Assembly: GCF_036971445.1 (NCBI RefSeq)
Contig: NC_091470.1
Coordinates: 140,058,001 to 140,122,000 of the forward strand
Direction of reading: 5' to 3'
Source: Narcine bancroftii
Taxonomy: Eukaryota
Length of the DNA stretch: 64,000 nt
Shown: piece by piece, positions 36,012 to 47,940 of the stretch
Numbering within the stretch: position 1 is the first letter of the stretch
How the letters are laid out: each line of letters opens with the position of its first letter
The notes under the pieces: generated by a model
The model's input: the letters and a program-made list of their open reading frames with translations, nothing else
Databases searched by the model: none
Told to the model about the DNA's origin: nothing
Made by a program: the position numbers and the translations under genes

Positions 36012-36832
36012 TCCCCACCGCAGAGATGAAGAGCAGAGAAACCGGCGGCAGGAGAACAGGTGCTTCGGCGCCGAGGGCAGAGCTGTCACTTAGAAGGTGG
36101 AGAGGCGATGCGTTGTGCCAAGGGAGGGTGATGGCATCCATGGAGAACTTCGGCTGGTCCGCTCCTGCGGAGAGCGGGAGGCCGGGTCTTTAAAACGGCA
36201 TGCAAATGAGCCGACGGATTATTTAAAAATGCTGCAGCCACGGGGTTTGGGCCGAGGATTTTTTTCAGCATCGGCCTCGAGGCGGTGCAGATTCCGGTGT
36301 GGCAGAGGACTGGCGCAGGGCACCAGAAAACACGTCGATCATGCGCCATCTAGCGTGAGATGCAAAGCGGAGGAAATGATCCACGGAACGGTGACCACGG
36401 CGGCCGACCAGCGAAGGGCTTTGCGGCTTAACAACGCACAGGCGGCGGGGCTGTCATCGAGGGACTCAACCTGGGCTGTGAACTGCTTAGACCGGCTCGA
36501 TACGGGATCGGGTGCGGAGGGACCTAAAGTCCTCCAAATCGTGTCGGAGTTTCGGATCTGGACGTCGGCTGCCGATGGTTTGGACGCGACTCTGTGCGAT
36601 CCAGGGATATTAAGTAATTCTGGGAATACTCTCATTCCCTTCTATATCTCTGACTGTAGGGGGAACATTAGGCAATTTCTGCCGATGGCGAATGTGTCTG
36701 TCTTACGGCAGAGTCAGGCAATTTCCTGTAATATTACGTCTGTTTTATTGGTTAGCATTAGTTGATCTTGGAGAAGGTGCGTGTCTACTCTAAATAAAAA
36801 AAAAGAAAACAATGTGGAGAGAGAAAGGAACG

Positions 36833-36879
<47 letters not shown>

Positions 36880-37494
36880 GAGAGAGAGGGTGATAGCGGG
36901 AATAAGCGTCAGGGATGAATAAAAAGAGAATAGGGAGAGAGAGGGTTGTGGAGGTTGTATGCGTGAAAGAGAGGGGAAGAATAATATCGGCAGATTCTGG
37001 ATGAGTACAAAACGAAATTAATGTATTGATTGTTAGATAAGAAAACGAAATCATGAGGAGTACATCATCAACAGATGGAAGAGAGGAGAGAGGGGGTATA
37101 GGATGAGTAAATGAAGATGGGGAGAGTCAAGGAACCAGGGCTGAGAGTCCAAGATGGCGAGGCTGACAGATTGTGTGGGAGAAACAGTGGCGCGAGTTGC
37201 AGAGGAAGAGGAGAGGGAGGAGATAATGGATTGAGAGAGAGAGAACGAGAAAGTGAAAGGAGTTAGAGGGCGGAGACAGAGGTGCCTGAGGAGACACTTG
37301 TTCAGCTGAAATGTCTTTGGGTGATAAGGTTCTGGCTGTGTCATGATGAGTGGCTCTGATCACCACTACGATTCCCATTGGTGAAGACGGAAGAAGGGAC
37401 GTGTCCAATATAAAATACACCCTCACACACCGTCAAGAGCGGACCTGTCTCCTCAAAGCTTCGGCCCACAAACGCCTAACTCACTTTACAAAGT

Positions 37495-37549
<55 letters not shown>

Positions 37550-38060
37550 GGTGAGGGGTACATTAATGGTGGGCGAAGTGGGAGATGGGGAGGGAGAACG
37601 AAAGCGGGTTATGGGTAGATAATGATTGGGATGAGGTGGATGAGAAAGGGGAGAAATAGGGGTATCAAGCGAAAGTGCAGTGAGAGAGTAGAGAAAGCTG
37701 AAGAGAAAACCGAGCGAACTGGGTGGGAAAGGAGAGAGGGAAGGGTGTGGAGGGAGCTAGATAGAGTGTGTGATTGGGGGGAGAGGAAGATCGACAGACT
37801 CTTCGACAGTACAGAACTAAAATAAATTTGATGATTCTTAGATAAGAAAACGAACTCGCGGAGTAGAGTTTGGCAAATGAAAGAGAGAGAAGGGGAACGA
37901 GAAAAAGGAGGTGGGGAGAGCGGGAGGAACGAGGGACGAGAGGCAAAGTGTGTGAGGACAACAGGATGGGGGAGTGTGGGAAAATCTGATCGGCGAGAGA
38001 TGCAGAGGGAGAGGAGAGGGAGGAATAAATGAATTGGAAAGGATGAGGGAGAGTGAGGAG

Positions 38061-38115
<55 letters not shown>

Positions 38116-38360
38116 CGGAGACAGAGGTGCCTGAAGAGAGATTTGTTCATCTGAACACGTCATTGGATGAAAATGTTCTGGCTGCGTAACGTTGCGCGGC
38201 TCTGATCTCCACCTAGATTCCCATTGGTTAAATTGGGAGAAGGGGCGTGACTAATTTCCAACCCGTCTCCCCATCTGTCGTGAAGAGCGATTCTGTCTTC
38301 TCAGAGCTCCGGCCCTCGAACTCCTCCCTCTCATTACAAGTGAACTCCATTCAGAGAGAG

Positions 38361-39673
38361 ATGTTTCTCCTTCTGTGGATCGTGGCCTGGTTTGACTGTG
38401 AGTGGGATGAACCCCACGTTTCACTCCCCTCTCTGGTCCCCTCTCCTCCCGACCTTTCGGCTCCCGGTTCTTTTCTTTCCTATGTTCCCGAAACCCAAAG
38501 TAATTTCGTAACCTCGTTCCCTTTCTGCCACTTTTTGATTTCCTCGTGTTTCTTTTTTTCTGACTCTTGTCTTTTTCTTCTTTCTCCTTTTCTCCCCATC
38601 TCTTTCATTCTCTCTTCCTCTCCATTTTCTCTCTACCCCTTCTTTCATTCCCTATCTTCTGTTCCTCACTTTTTCTCTTGTTCTCTTTCCCTTTCCACCC
38701 TCTAGTTCTCTTTTCTCAATCTCTTTCTCATTCCTCTTCTCTTCGTTTTTCTTTCTTTCTTCTTTTCTTCCTGTTATTCTCTCTATTATTTTGTAATTCT
38801 CTTTTTACTCACACCACCTGTCTATCTCCTTTCACTCTTTGACGCCTGTGCTTTTTATTTTCTCTTTCCCATTCCTTCCATCTATTCTTTTTTCTCTCGC
38901 TCTATTCGTTTCTTTCTCCCCTTCTTTTCTGCACTCTTATTTTCTCCTTTCCTCTTTATCTTCTTTTCTCGATTTTACCCTCACACACCCTTCCTTCTTT
39001 ATCTTTCACACTTTATCCTTTACACTTTGTCTCCTTCCTTTATTATTTTCTTCCTATCTTCTTTCTCTTCTCAAAATAACTTTCTTACTTTTAATCTCCG
39101 TTCCTATCTATTTATCTCTCTTTTTTCCTCTCTGATCCCTCTCGCTTTCTCTCTTCTCGTCATGTATCTGTATCCTACCCCTATAGCTCGAATCCCCATC
39201 CAGACTTTGACCCTATCTCTTTTGCACACTCAATCTACCCCTTCTCTCCTCCGGCTCACCTTGTCAACACATTCTTTAATTCAGTACATCTTTTGCCCTT
39301 CGTCCCTCCATCCTCCAGAATGTCCCGGGATATCTCTAAGTCACGCCCTCCTCTCTATCTCTCCTCTGTCCCAGATGTGAACTCGGTTACCGTCCTCCAG
39401 ACACCAGTAGCGGCTTCCGAACGGACCGGGAACGGAATGGAGCTGCAGTGTATGGTGGAGGGAAGCGGCAGCGCTGAAAGAATGTACTGGTATCTACAAG
39501 ACTCGGGGAAAGGGGTCGAGAACCTGTTTTACTCACAGACCAGTGGACACGTGGATCCGGAGGGAACTGTGAAAGGTTTATCCGCTGAGAGACGGGGTAA
39601 CACCCAGTTCATCCTGAAGTCCGCCAACCTGAGCGGAGCCCACTCGGCCCTGTATCTCTGCGCCTGGAGTCTA
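38361..39673 (+). CDS. TRBV: TRBV CAWS-family V gene, apparently functional
   Basis: Leader 38361-38397 (MFLLLWIVAWFD, GTGAGT). V 39375-39673 is open: ..MELQCMVEGSGSAERMYWYLQDSGKGVENLFYS..QFILKSANLSGAHSALYLCAWSL. Confidence 0.92.
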
Positions 39674-39712
39674 CACGGCACTTCGAAGTGTCGACTAGGC
39701 CTTACAAAAATA
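39674..39712 (+). other. 23-RSS
   Basis: CACGGCA + 23 bp + ACAAAAATA. Confidence 0.9.
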
Positions 39713-40351
39713 TCTTGACTGCAGAGTTGAAGAGGGGCGGGCCCGGCGGCAGGAGAACAGGTGTCTCGTTGCCGAATGCCGAGGTGTCACTCAGAGGAGG
39801 AAGGGGCGGGGTGTTTAGTCAGCTGAGGAAAAAACGTAATCTGTGGTCTGAGCGTGCTCACTGCATAGATTCCCATTTCTCGTAGGTTATTCTCGAGAAA
39901 CGAGGGAGGGCAGCGGAGGGAGTGGAATAGAGAGAGGGTTAGAGAGAGGGTTAGAGAGACAGAGAGCGAGAGAGACGGATGGACAAAGACAGAGAGAAAG
40001 GAGCGTGAGGGAGGGCGAGAGAAGAGGATTGGGGTGGTGAAAGAAGAAATAGGGGAATAATTAGAGGCGGGATATATAGGTACAGTGCCGCTGGAGAGGG
40101 GGAGATAGACTGGGGTGAGCGAAGGGCAGAGAAGAATGGAAGTAGAGAATGGGAGGGAGATGGAGAAAGCGTTGGGTGCAAAGGCGAGAGCGATGGGGAG
40201 AAATAGCGGTTCGAGAGCGAGTAGAAAACGGGAATTGGCGGAAGAGAGAGAGAGATAAAGAGAGTGAGGGTTGAGCATGGAGTGAACAATGGCTTCATAA
40301 AAGTTATGAGGGAGAGACCGGATATTAAATCGAAATCGCTGAGGGAGAGGT

Positions 40352-40407
<56 letters not shown>

Positions 40408-40914
40408 GGGTACATTAATGGTGGGCGAAGTGGGAGATGGGGAGGGAGAACGAAAGCGGGATATGGGTAGATAATGATGGGGATGGGGTGGATGAGAAAG
40501 GGGAGAAATAGGGGTATCAAGCGAAAGTGGAATGAGAGAGTAGAGAAAGCTGAAGAGAAAACCGAGCGAACTGGGTGGGAAAGGAGAGAGGTAGGGGTGT
40601 GGAGGGAGCTAGATAGAGTGTGTGATTGGGGGAGAGGAAGATCGACAGACTCTTCGACAGTACAGAAACTAAAATAAATTTGATGTTTCTTAGATAAGAA
40701 AACGAACCCGCGGAGTGGAGCTTGGCAAATGAAAGAGAAAGAAGGGGAACGAGAAAAAGGAGATGGGGAGAGCGGGAGGAACGAGGGATGAGAGGCAAAG
40801 TGTGTGAGGACGACAGGATTGGGGGAGTATGGGAAAATCTATTCGGCGAGAGATTCAGAGGGAGAGGAGAGGGAGGAATTAATGAATTGGAAAGGATGAG
40901 GGAGAGTGAGGAGT

Positions 40915-40945
<31 letters not shown>

Positions 40946-41190
40946 CGGAGACAGAAGTGCCTGAAGAGAGATTTGTTAATCTGAACACGTCATTGGATGA
41001 AAATGTTCTGGCTGCGTAACGTTGCGCGGCTCTGATCTCCACCTAGATTCCCATTGGTTAAATTGGGAGAAGGGGCGTGTCTAATCTCCAACCCGTCTCC
41101 CGATCTGTCGTAAAGAGCGATTCTGTCTCCTCAGAGCTCCGGCCCTCGAACTCCTCCCTCTCATTACAAGTGAACTTCATTCAGAGAGAG

Positions 41191-42494
41191 ATGTTTCTCC
41201 TTCTGTGGATCGTGGCCTGGTTTGACTGTAAGTGGGATGAACCCCACGTTTCACTCCCCTCTCTGGTCCCCTCTCCTCCCGACCTTTCGGCTCCCGGTTC
41301 TTTTCTTTCTTGTGTGCCCGAAACCCAAAGTAATTTCCGTAAGCTCGTTCCCTTTCTGCCACTTTTTGATTTCCTCGTGTTTCTTTTTTTCTGACTCTTG
41401 TCTCTTTTTTCTTTCTCCTTTTCTCCCCATCTCTTTCATTCTCTCTTCCTCTCCATTTTCTCTCTACCCCTTCTTTCATTCCCTATCTTCTGTTCCTCAC
41501 TTTTTCTCTTGTTCTCTTTCCCTTTCCACCCTCTAGTTCTCTTTTCTCAATCTTTCTCATTCCTCTTCTTTGTTTTTCTTTCTTTCTTCTTTTCTTCCTG
41601 TTATTCTCTATTATTTTGTAATTCTCTTTTTACTCACACCACCTGTCTATCTCCTTTCACTCTTTGACGCCTGTGCTTTTTATTTTCTCTTTCCCATTCC
41701 TTCTCTCGCTCTATTCGTTTCTCTCTCCCCTTCTTTTCTGCACTCTTATTTTCTCCTTTCCTCGTTATCTTCTTTTCTCAATTTTACCCTTTCACGCTCC
41801 CTCCCTTCTTTATCTTTCACACTTTATCCTTTACACTTTGTTCTCCTTCCTTTATTATATTCTTCCTGTCTTCTTTCTCTTCTCAAAATAACTTTCTTAC
41901 TTTTAATCTCCGTTCCTATCTATTTATCTCTCTTTTCCTCTCTGATCCCTCTCGCTTTCTCTCTTTTCGTTATTTATCTGTATTCTACCCGTATAGCTCG
42001 AATCCCAACCCAGACTTTGACCCTATCTCTTTTGCACACTCAATCGACCCCTTCTCTCCTCCGGCCTCACCTTGTCCTTCACATTCAACACATTCTTTAA
42101 ATCTGTACATCTTTCGCCCCTCGTCCCTCCTTCCTCCAGAATGTCCCCGGATATCTCTAACTCACGCCTGCCTCTCTATCCCTCCACAGTCCTAGATGTG
42201 AACTCGGTTACCGTCCTCCAGACTCCAGTAGCGGCTTCCGAACGGACCGGGAACGGATTGGAGTTGCAGTGCATGGTGGAGGGAAGCGGCAGCGCAAACA
42301 GAATGTACTGGTATCTACAAGACTCGGGGAAAGGGCTTGAGAACCTGTTTAACTCACAGACCAATGGTCACGTGGATCCGGAGGGAACTGTGAAAGGTTT
42401 ATCCGCTGAGAGACGGGGTAACAACCAGTTCATCCTGAAGTCCGCCAACCTGAGCGAAACCCACTCGGCCCTGTATCTCTGCGCCTGGAGTCTA
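41191..42494 (+). CDS. TRBV: TRBV CAWS-family V gene, apparently functional; tandem duplicate of the 38361 gene
   Basis: Leader 41191-41227 (GTAAGT). V 42196-42494 is open and ends SALYLCAWSL; about 15 nt differences from 39375-39673. Confidence 0.92.
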
Positions 42495-42533
42495 CACGGC
42501 GCTTCGAAGTGTGGATTAGGCCCTACAAAAATA
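42495..42533 (+). other. 23-RSS
   Basis: CACGGCG + 23 bp + ACAAAAATA. Confidence 0.9.
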
Positions 42534-45500
42534 TCTTGACCGCAGAGTTGAAGAGGAGCGGTCACGGCGGCAGGAGAACAGGTGCCTCGTTGCCGAATGC
42601 CGAGCTGTCACTCAGAGGAGGAAGGGGCGGGGCGTTTAGTCAGCTGAGGTTAAAACGGATAGACAGAGAGTCAGACAGATAGACAAACAAACAGAGCGAG
42701 AGAGACGGATGGACAAAGACAAAGAGAAGAGGATTGTGGTTGTGAAAGAAGAAATAGGGGAATAATTAGAGGCGGGATACATGGGTACAGTGCGGCTGGA
42801 AAGGGGGAGATAAACTGGGGTGAGAGAAGGGTAGAGAGGAATGGAAGGAGCGAATGGGAGAGAGATGGAGAAAGTGTTGGTTGCAAAGGCGAGAGTGACA
42901 GAGAGAGAGAGAGAAGGCGTGGGTGTGCGAAGGTGAGAGTGATGGGTATTTATAGTGTTTATAGAGGGAATCAAACGGGAGTGGAGGGAATGAGAATCAG
43001 AGGGGTGTGGAGGGACCGAACAACGGTTGCAGAAACGTGGAGAGAGAAAGACCGGATAATAAGAAGACCCCCTGGAGCAGAGATCAATACATGATAGAGA
43101 GAGATAGCAGGGGGCGTGACAAGATGGCATAGATGGCAGACGTGCGGTCCTAATCCTCCCCAGCCAGTTTTTTAAATCACCCGTTATTAAACTTTAATTT
43201 AAGTACATAAACGTTTTATTTGTACTTCGAAGAACACTATTTTTTTATAATGGCGGCTAATATTAAAAAAACCTAAGAATCAATTACAGAAAAAAACTAC
43301 TTTTTAAAAGTGCTGAAGAACTGAGGCCTACCTGTCCAGTTCGAACTACAGAGACGTCGTCTGGAACCTCCAAGTCACAGAGAAATCCAGCAAGGTTAAG
43401 TATTAAGCCGGTGCCGGTCTTGTCTCCGCAAGATGGCGCCGGCTTGTTGACGAGATACGCCGACGTTGACCCGCGCGTTCGCGATGTCGGGCGCGCGGAT
43501 GACCCGACTAAGAAGAGAGCCCTCGAATCCGCGCTGCCGTCGGGGGAGCCGAGGACGCGGGGGATAGCGTTGGAGAAGTCCCTGCGCAGTCCTTGATCTT
43601 GCCGGGCATGCACGGTGCCTCAAGGGTCCCCGATCTTCTGGAGCATGTGTGGTCTGTGGGGGGCCCGATCGGGGTGCCGCTGTCGGGTGTGCGGACCCGA
43701 AGCCGCACAGGAAAAGGCCCTACAATAGTGGAACAAGAAGAAGACTTACCTATAATGGCCAGTTCACAGGACTAATTGGAGGAGGAGTTTGCAGAAGGTT
43801 GACCTCAAGATGTGGCACGGGAATATGGACTGGACTCTATTTTTGCTGTCCTGGGAGGGATTGCCTATCATAAGGATACCATATCTCAACAAATGACTCA
43901 AGTGACAACTAAAATTTCTAATATGTTTGCACTTAGGAGAGATGTTTATATATGCCTTACATTAGTGGATGTAGTACAACAGAATTTTTAAAATATTGAG
44001 ACAGCTTTTTCTGAATGTAAATAAGAAGTTTTGTGTAATAAGGATAAAATAGAGAAAGTGGAAGATTTGTTTGTGGATTGGAGAATCCAGAAGAGTGATT
44101 TATTGAAAAAGATTGATTTATTGGAAAATCAAAGTCAGAAAAAAAATGTAAACATTTTGGGCCTTCCAGAAGATATTGAAGGAGCTGAACTGGATTCCGG
44201 AGATGCTGGGTAAAGAGTTTTTTCGCGAGGTTTAGTATTGGAGAGGGCACATAGAGTGCTAAGGAAGAAATCATTACCGGGACAACCTGAATTATCAAGA
44301 TAGAGAAATGATTTTGCAGTTGGTGGTACAGAACGGAAGATAAAGTCAAACTCAAATCATGAGTCAGAACAATAGAGTTTTTTTATGCAGATATGAGTCA
44401 AGAAGTTATTAGGCATCGATGGGAGGTTAATTCGGCTAAAGATATGTTGTAACGTAAAGGATATATATTTGCTTTCCGATACCCTGCTGTGTTGAAGGTT
44501 TTCTATGGCAATTATCAATCTCAATTTGTTTGAGAATGATCATGATGCATTGGTTTTTGCTAACTCATTACCAGATTTATGTTGTCAGGAAAGAGTCTCG
44601 CCGTCGTTGCCTAAAAGAAGGGCAAATTGAAATGGAAATGGACAGAATGGGAAAAATTGAAAGAAGGAGGTTTTGACACACAGTCTTATTGATGTTGAAG
44701 ATCCAAACCAGTCATTGGGACTCGAGACAATGATGTGAATATTTCTATGATGTTGAAATGTATTATTATATATATATATTGTATTTCTGGCTTGGGGGAG
44801 GTGGATAGCACTGAAATCTTTGATAGTCATCTGCCACTGCTGGGGTTTACCACACCCAGTTATTTAGGGCATTACTACCTTTGAATGTTTTTTTCTCTTT
44901 TTTGGGGAATTAATTATATTCCTTTTTATATAAACTTTTTTATAATATTACAGGAGGGAGAGTGGATTTCTTTATTAGTATGAGAGTGATATTTTGTATT
45001 AAATGATTATATTGTTAGTTTGTTAAGGTGTCTAGTTTGAAATTTGCAACTTTTTATGTTCAGGGATTAAATAATCTAATAAACGAAAGCGAGTTTTAGC
45101 TTATATTAAGAAAATGAAAATTGATATTGCTTTTTTTACAAGAAACATATTTGACCGAAAAAGAGCATTTGAAATTGAAAGGAGATTGAGTTGGTCAAGT
45201 GTTGTTTTGTTCATTTAACTCTAAGGCAAAAGGTGTAGCGATTTTAGTTCATAAGAATGTTTCTTTTGTGTTGCATACTGTGGAGGGGAATGCTGGGAGG
45301 GTTTCAAAAGTGGAATGTAGAATCTTTAACGAACTTTGGACTTTACTTAATATTTATGCATCTAATGTTGATGATGAATGTTTTATTTCAGACGCCTTTT
45401 TGTTCTTAAGTCAAGCTAAAGAAAATATTTTAGTTGGGGGGATTTCAAATGCGTTTTGGATCCTTTGATGGATAAATCACCAAAATATATTAGGAAATCA

Positions 45501-46228
45501 AAAATGGTGATACAAATTGGGGCTTTAATGAAAGATTTAAATTTGGTAGATATTTGGAGAAGGGTTAATACTGCAGAGAAAGATTTTTCTTTTCATTCTT
45601 CTTGACATGATTCATTTTCTAGAATAGATTTTTTTAAATATCGGCACATTTACAAAGAAAGGTATTGCAGCAGAATATAAGAGTAGAGTTATATCAGATC
45701 ATTCTTTATTATTTTTTCTTATGAAAGTTCAGAGGTGGTACGTTCATCTTATAGATAGAGATTTAATACAATGTTGTTGAAAGAACCTGAGTTCGTTACT
45801 TTTGTTAAGGAACAGATTGTTTTTTTTTTCTTAACTGGAAATGTTAATTCAGTTAAAAGTCGTTTTGTGTTATTGGATGTGTTAAAAGCTTACTAAAGAG
45901 GGCAAATAATTAGTTATACCACTACAGTTAAGAAAGGGTATATGGCTGAAAGTCTTAAATTAGAGAAGCAAATTGATGAACTGGAGAAGGAATTTCAGAA
46001 GAGAGTGACATAAGATCAGAAAATATCTTTAACTAAATTGAAACTGCAATATAATACGTTACAGACTTATCAATTTGAATGTTTAATTAATCGATCTAAC
46101 CAAACATATTATGACTTGGGTGAGAAGGCACATAAAGTACTTGCATGGCAGATAAAGAAGGAACAGACTTCACGGGTTATAAATGCTGTTATAAAGAATT
46201 CAACAGTTTCCTATAAACCTCAGGAAAT

Positions 46229-46608
46229 TCTTTCTTCTTTGGCTTGGCTTCGCGGATGAAGATTTATGAAGGGGTAATGTCCACGTCAGCTGCAGGCTCG
46301 TTTGTAGCTGACAAGTCTGATGCGGGACAGGCAGACACAGTTGCAGCGGTTGCAGGGGAAAATTGGTTGGTTGGGGTTGGGTGTTGGGTTTTTCCTCCTT
46401 TGTCTTTTGTCAGTGGGCTCTGTGGTCTTCTTCAAAGGAGGTTGCTGCCCACCGAACTATGAGGCGCCATGATGCACGGTTTGAGGCGATATCAGCCCAC
46501 TGGCGGTGAGATTTCTTTAGGCAGATTTCTTTAGGCAGTCCTTGTACCTCTTCTTTGGTGCACCTCTGTCACGGTGGCCAGTGGAGAGCTTGCCATATAA
46601 CATGATCT
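46229..46608 (-). mobile_element. RTE-clade LINE 3' fragment inserted in L1 ORF2
   Basis: Minus strand KIMLYGKLSTGHRDRGAPKKRYKDCLK is a typical RTE C-terminus, with a short AAG-rich tail. It is absent from the homologous position of the nested L1 (~51015). Confidence 0.8.
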
Positions 46609-47940
46609 TTTAATTCATTTTATTTAAAAAAAATACTTCTGAGGGGAGACGGGACAATGGATCTATTGATTCTTTTTTTATCTACACTAATGTTATCAGC
46701 TTTAGAAGAAGAGGATATTATAGATTTGGAAGCTCCATTTACAGATTTAGAAATTAAGACAGCTATGTTGAAAATGCCTAATGGCAAGTCACCAGGTGAT
46801 GACGGGTTTTCGGTGGAATTTTATAAGGTTTTGTATGAAGATTTATCTTCAGTATTTGGGGAGGTATTACAACAAGTGACTGAACATTATGAGTTACCAG
46901 AATCTTGGTCCAGTGCTTTAATTATTGTAATTACAAAGAAAGATAGAGACCCATTGAAAGTGTCTTCGTATAGACATATTTATTTATTGAATGTGGATTA
47001 TAAAATAATAGCTAAAATGTTAGCAAATCGACTTGCTAAATATTTGTCTAAATTTATACATGTTGACCAAACAGGTTTTATTAAAAATAGACATGCTTCA
47101 TATAATAATCTTTGACTAATTAGTTTGACCAATGCATACAGACGGCAGCCCGTTGTGGTTGCACTTGACGTCGAAAAAATTTTCGATAGGGTCAAATGGG
47201 ATATTTATTTAAGGTTGTGGAGAAATTTAAATTTGGCCTTTTTTTTATTGGTTGGGTTAATGCTTTATATACAAACCTGACTGCTAGGGTAATGACAAAT
47301 GGACAAGTTTCATTGTCGTTTGAATTGACACGTTCTACCCAACAAGGTTGTCCATTGTCACCAGCCCTGTTTGCATTGGCTATTGAACTGTTAGCTCAAT
47401 TAATAAGGCAAAATGGGATTAGAGTTATGGATGAAGAGTATAAGATTAATTTATTTGCAGTTGATGATTTGATATATTTAACAAACCCTGAACAATCTTT
47501 GCCACATTTACGGGAATGTATATTACAGTACTGATCATTATCTGGATATAAAGTTAATTGAGATAAAAGTGAAATTCTACCAGTTGGTGAAGGAGGTTAT
47601 TCAGTATATAAAAATGCTATTAATTTGAAGTGGTCGGATAAAATTAAATATTTAGGAATAATTGTGAATACTGAGTATCAATCTTTATATAAATTAAATT
47701 ATGTTCCATTATTTAAAAAAGATTAAAGCAGATTTAATTGTGGAAGGACCTTCCATTAACTCTAATCAGTTGGGTTAACTGCATTAAAATGAATATCTTT
47801 CCATGTATTCAATATTTGTTTCAATCAATACCCTGGTTTATCAGAAAGAACTTGGAATTTTTATGGAAAGGTAAATTACCAAGGGTAGCATTAAGTAAAC
47901 CTACTTGGAAGCATTAGGTGGGTTACAATTACCTCATTTT

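Noticed and set aside
35520-36029. ORF-track starts and stops for V-containing ORFs (also 39293, 42072, 29617)
   Set aside because: V exons start at a splice acceptor and end at the heptamer; the extensions are intron and RSS read-through.
34602-42533. IgH, IgL, IgNAR or NAR-TCR identity, or cluster-type/germline-joined genes
   Set aside because: No D, J or C exons lie between V genes, every intact V ends in an unrearranged 23-RSS, no octamer promoter was seen, and the CAWS/CAAS ends and FR motifs fit Vbeta.
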